A stretch of DNA of 64,000 nucleotides, from contig DEZI01000018.1 of NCBI GenBank assembly GCA_002364755.1, positions 7,947-71,946 of the forward strand. The letters are read 5' to 3'. The position numbers were made by a program, and so were the translations under genes. Positions 61,737-64,000 of this stretch are shown here, one piece after another; within the stretch, counting starts at the first letter, position 1, and the number at the start of each line of letters is the position of its first letter. This DNA comes from Stenotrophomonas maltophilia. GTDB lineage: Bacteria; Pseudomonadota; Gammaproteobacteria; Xanthomonadales; Xanthomonadaceae. The notes under the pieces are model-generated. The model had not been told where the DNA came from and searched no databases. It worked only from the letters and a program-made list of their open reading frames with translations.

Positions 61737-61778
61737 TCGCGTGCCGGTTCCCGCTGTCATCCCCCCAAAGGACTGGCC

Positions 61779-62363
61779 ATGAAAATTGCGTACCTGCATG
61801 ACCGACGTCGTTTCGCATGCTGCGGCGTCGCCCTGTCCGGCCTGCTGTCCCTGCAGGCCTGGGCTGCAGCACCGGCTTTGGACGCCGTTGCCACCCTGGT
61901 GCAGGCCAGCGGCGTGCAGTGCACTGACCCGAAGGCCGGCAAGGGCTGTACGGCCGGCGATGTCGCCAGCGGTGATTTCTATGACGTTGAACTGGCGCCC
62001 GGCTGTGGTGCGCAGGGCTTCTTCGCAGGTGTCGCCGATGCCAAGGGCGTCGACGCGCTCGACCGCGTGCCCAGCACCGGGAGCAAAGCGGTGGCGACGG
62101 CGCGGTTCGCGCAGGGCCAGCTGGTCTGCGTGCAGGCCATCGGCCGTGCCGGGCAGAACCCGCAGTACTACTTCGTGATTTCGGTGCCAGCCAGCAGTGT
62201 CGTCGCCTGCAAGGCCGGCAGCGCGCTGTGCGGCACCTATGGCGACCGGCCGATCCAGCACCTGCAGCGCAATCGCGGCCCCGCCTGCCTGCCAGCATCG
62301 GCGCAGTGCGCACAGGGCTGGGTAAGCGCCAACGCGCTCGACGTGTTCTCCAACGGCATGTAA
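61779..62363 (+). CDS. Secreted cysteine-rich hypothetical protein
   Basis: Signal peptide (AWA/AA), 8 Cys in the mature part, C-terminal GWVSANAL; AAGGA RBS. Confidence 0.7.
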   Translation: MKIAYLHDRRRFACCGVALSGLLSLQAWAAAPALDAVATLVQASGVQCTDPKAGKGCTAGDVASGDFYDVELAPGCGAQGFFAGVADAKGVDALDRVPSTGSKAVATARFAQGQLVCVQAIGRAGQNPQYYFVISVPASSVVACKAGSALCGTYGDRPIQHLQRNRGPACLPASAQCAQGWVSANALDVFSNGM

Positions 62364-62378
62364 CAGGCCCGGCCGACG

Positions 62379-63263
62379 CTACAGCTGCCCCATGGCCCAG
62401 TCGGCCAACGCGTCCACGCGCGGGTCGGCCGGGCCATCCGGCCGCGCCAGCACCCAGAAGCCGCCGGTCGCGGCGAAGCCCCATGGGGCGACCAGGCGCC
62501 CGGCGGCCAGGTCCTCGGCCACCAGCGGCTCCGGCGCGATCGCCGGCCCCAGTCCGGCAACGGCCGCTTCCAGCAGGTAGTACAGGTGCTCGAAGCCGGT
62601 GCCCAGCTGCAATCGCGCGGGGTCCAGCCCGTGCGCCTGCGCCCATGCTGGCCACGCCTGCGGGCGCGAGCTGGTGTGCAGCAGCGTCTCCTGCAGCAGC
62701 GCGTCCGGCGGTACATGGCGCAGGCGCTGCGCGGCAGGATGCGAGGGCGCCACCACCACGCCCACCCGTTCCGGTGCCAGCTCGCGCACCTGCCAGCCCC
62801 GCGGCCACGGCCCTTGCGCCAGCAGCAGGACCGCATCCAGCGCCGCCTGTGCCTCGGTGAAGGCGCCATCCAGCGCCGACCATTGCAGGTTCACCCCGGG
62901 CAGGGCCGCCTGCAGCGCGGGCAACCGCGGAATCATCCAGCGCGCCAGCACGCTGCCGCTGCAGCCCAGCACCAGCGCCGGAGAAAGGGCCGGCTGGCGC
63001 AGTTCGCGCACGCAGGCCTCAATGCCGGCGAAGGCTTCGCCGCAGGCCGCGTGCAGGCGCTGGCCGGCCTCGGTCAGGCGTAGCCCTCGGCCGGCACGCT
63101 GGAACAGCGGCAGCCCCAGATGGTCCTCCAGCAGCTTCAGCTGCCGGCTCACCGCACCGTGGGTCACGTGCAGGGCCTGTGCGGCGCGGCCGACGCCCCC
63201 CAGGCGGGCGGTAGCCTCGAAGGCGCGCAGGGCATTGAGCGGCGGCAGCAGGGAGGTGCTCAT
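62379..63263 (-). CDS. trpI: LysR-family regulator, TrpI-like activator of trpBA
   Basis: LPPLNALRAFEATAR and LHVTHGAVSRQLKLLE; divergent from trpB. Confidence 0.8.
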   Translation of the reverse strand: MSTSLLPPLNALRAFEATARLGGVGRAAQALHVTHGAVSRQLKLLEDHLGLPLFQRAGRGLRLTEAGQRLHAACGEAFAGIEACVRELRQPALSPALVLGCSGSVLARWMIPRLPALQAALPGVNLQWSALDGAFTEAQAALDAVLLLAQGPWPRGWQVRELAPERVGVVVAPSHPAAQRLRHVPPDALLQETLLHTSSRPQAWPAWAQAHGLDPARLQLGTGFEHLYYLLEAAVAGLGPAIAPEPLVAEDLAAGRLVAPWGFAATGGFWVLARPDGPADPRVDALADWAMGQL

Positions 63264-63279
63264 GTGAGATTTCCTGACG
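63263..63279. promoter_or_regulatory. Putative TrpI/LysR operator
   Basis: TGTGAG-ATTTC-CTGACG dyad containing T-N11-A (63265-63277), between trpI and trpB. Confidence 0.6.
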
Positions 63280-63360
63280 ATATGCGCCAGATAATATCGA
63301 TATTCCGGTCAGGATCCGTGCGCTAGAGTATCCACCTGTCTCGAACCAGCGGTCGCTTCC

Positions 63361-64000
<640 letters not shown>

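Noticed and set aside
51516..62378. Flotillin/ATPase/TelA block as a mobile genomic island
   Set aside because: No integrase, transposase, tRNA or flanking direct repeat is visible, and GC/codon style looks like the host's.

Overview
GC-rich Xanthomonadaceae chromosome, most consistent with Stenotrophomonas: it carries GTAG-type REPs, the prmB-aroC-asd-fimV-truA-trpF run and a divergent trpI/trpB pair. From left to right the window holds: (1) the end of a Fap-like amyloid-export locus (FapF-type barrel) with a convergent sigma54 activator; (2) two NlpC/P60 peptidases, slyD, gor and small membrane/enzyme genes; (3) an Oar-like TonB-dependent receptor (TBDR) broken by a single amber codon; (4) a minus-strand peptide-utilisation-like cluster (decayed TBDR, intact TBDR, S9 peptidase, Sel1 protein, active M13 peptidase, and an M13 paralogue with a degenerate active site); (5) core genes (apbC, dcd, rimO, greB, psd, prmB, aroC, asd, fimV, truA, trpF); (6) between trpF and trpI/trpB, a translationally coupled operon of NfeD-like protein, flotillin, a 28-codon bridging ORF, a 1796-aa AAA+ ATPase, a TelA-like protein and TelA, followed by a Cys-rich secreted protein. 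That operon is the best candidate for an under-described membrane-stress or defence system. No rRNA, tRNA, CRISPR array, integrase or transposase was seen. All family calls come from reading motifs by eye, not from database searches.
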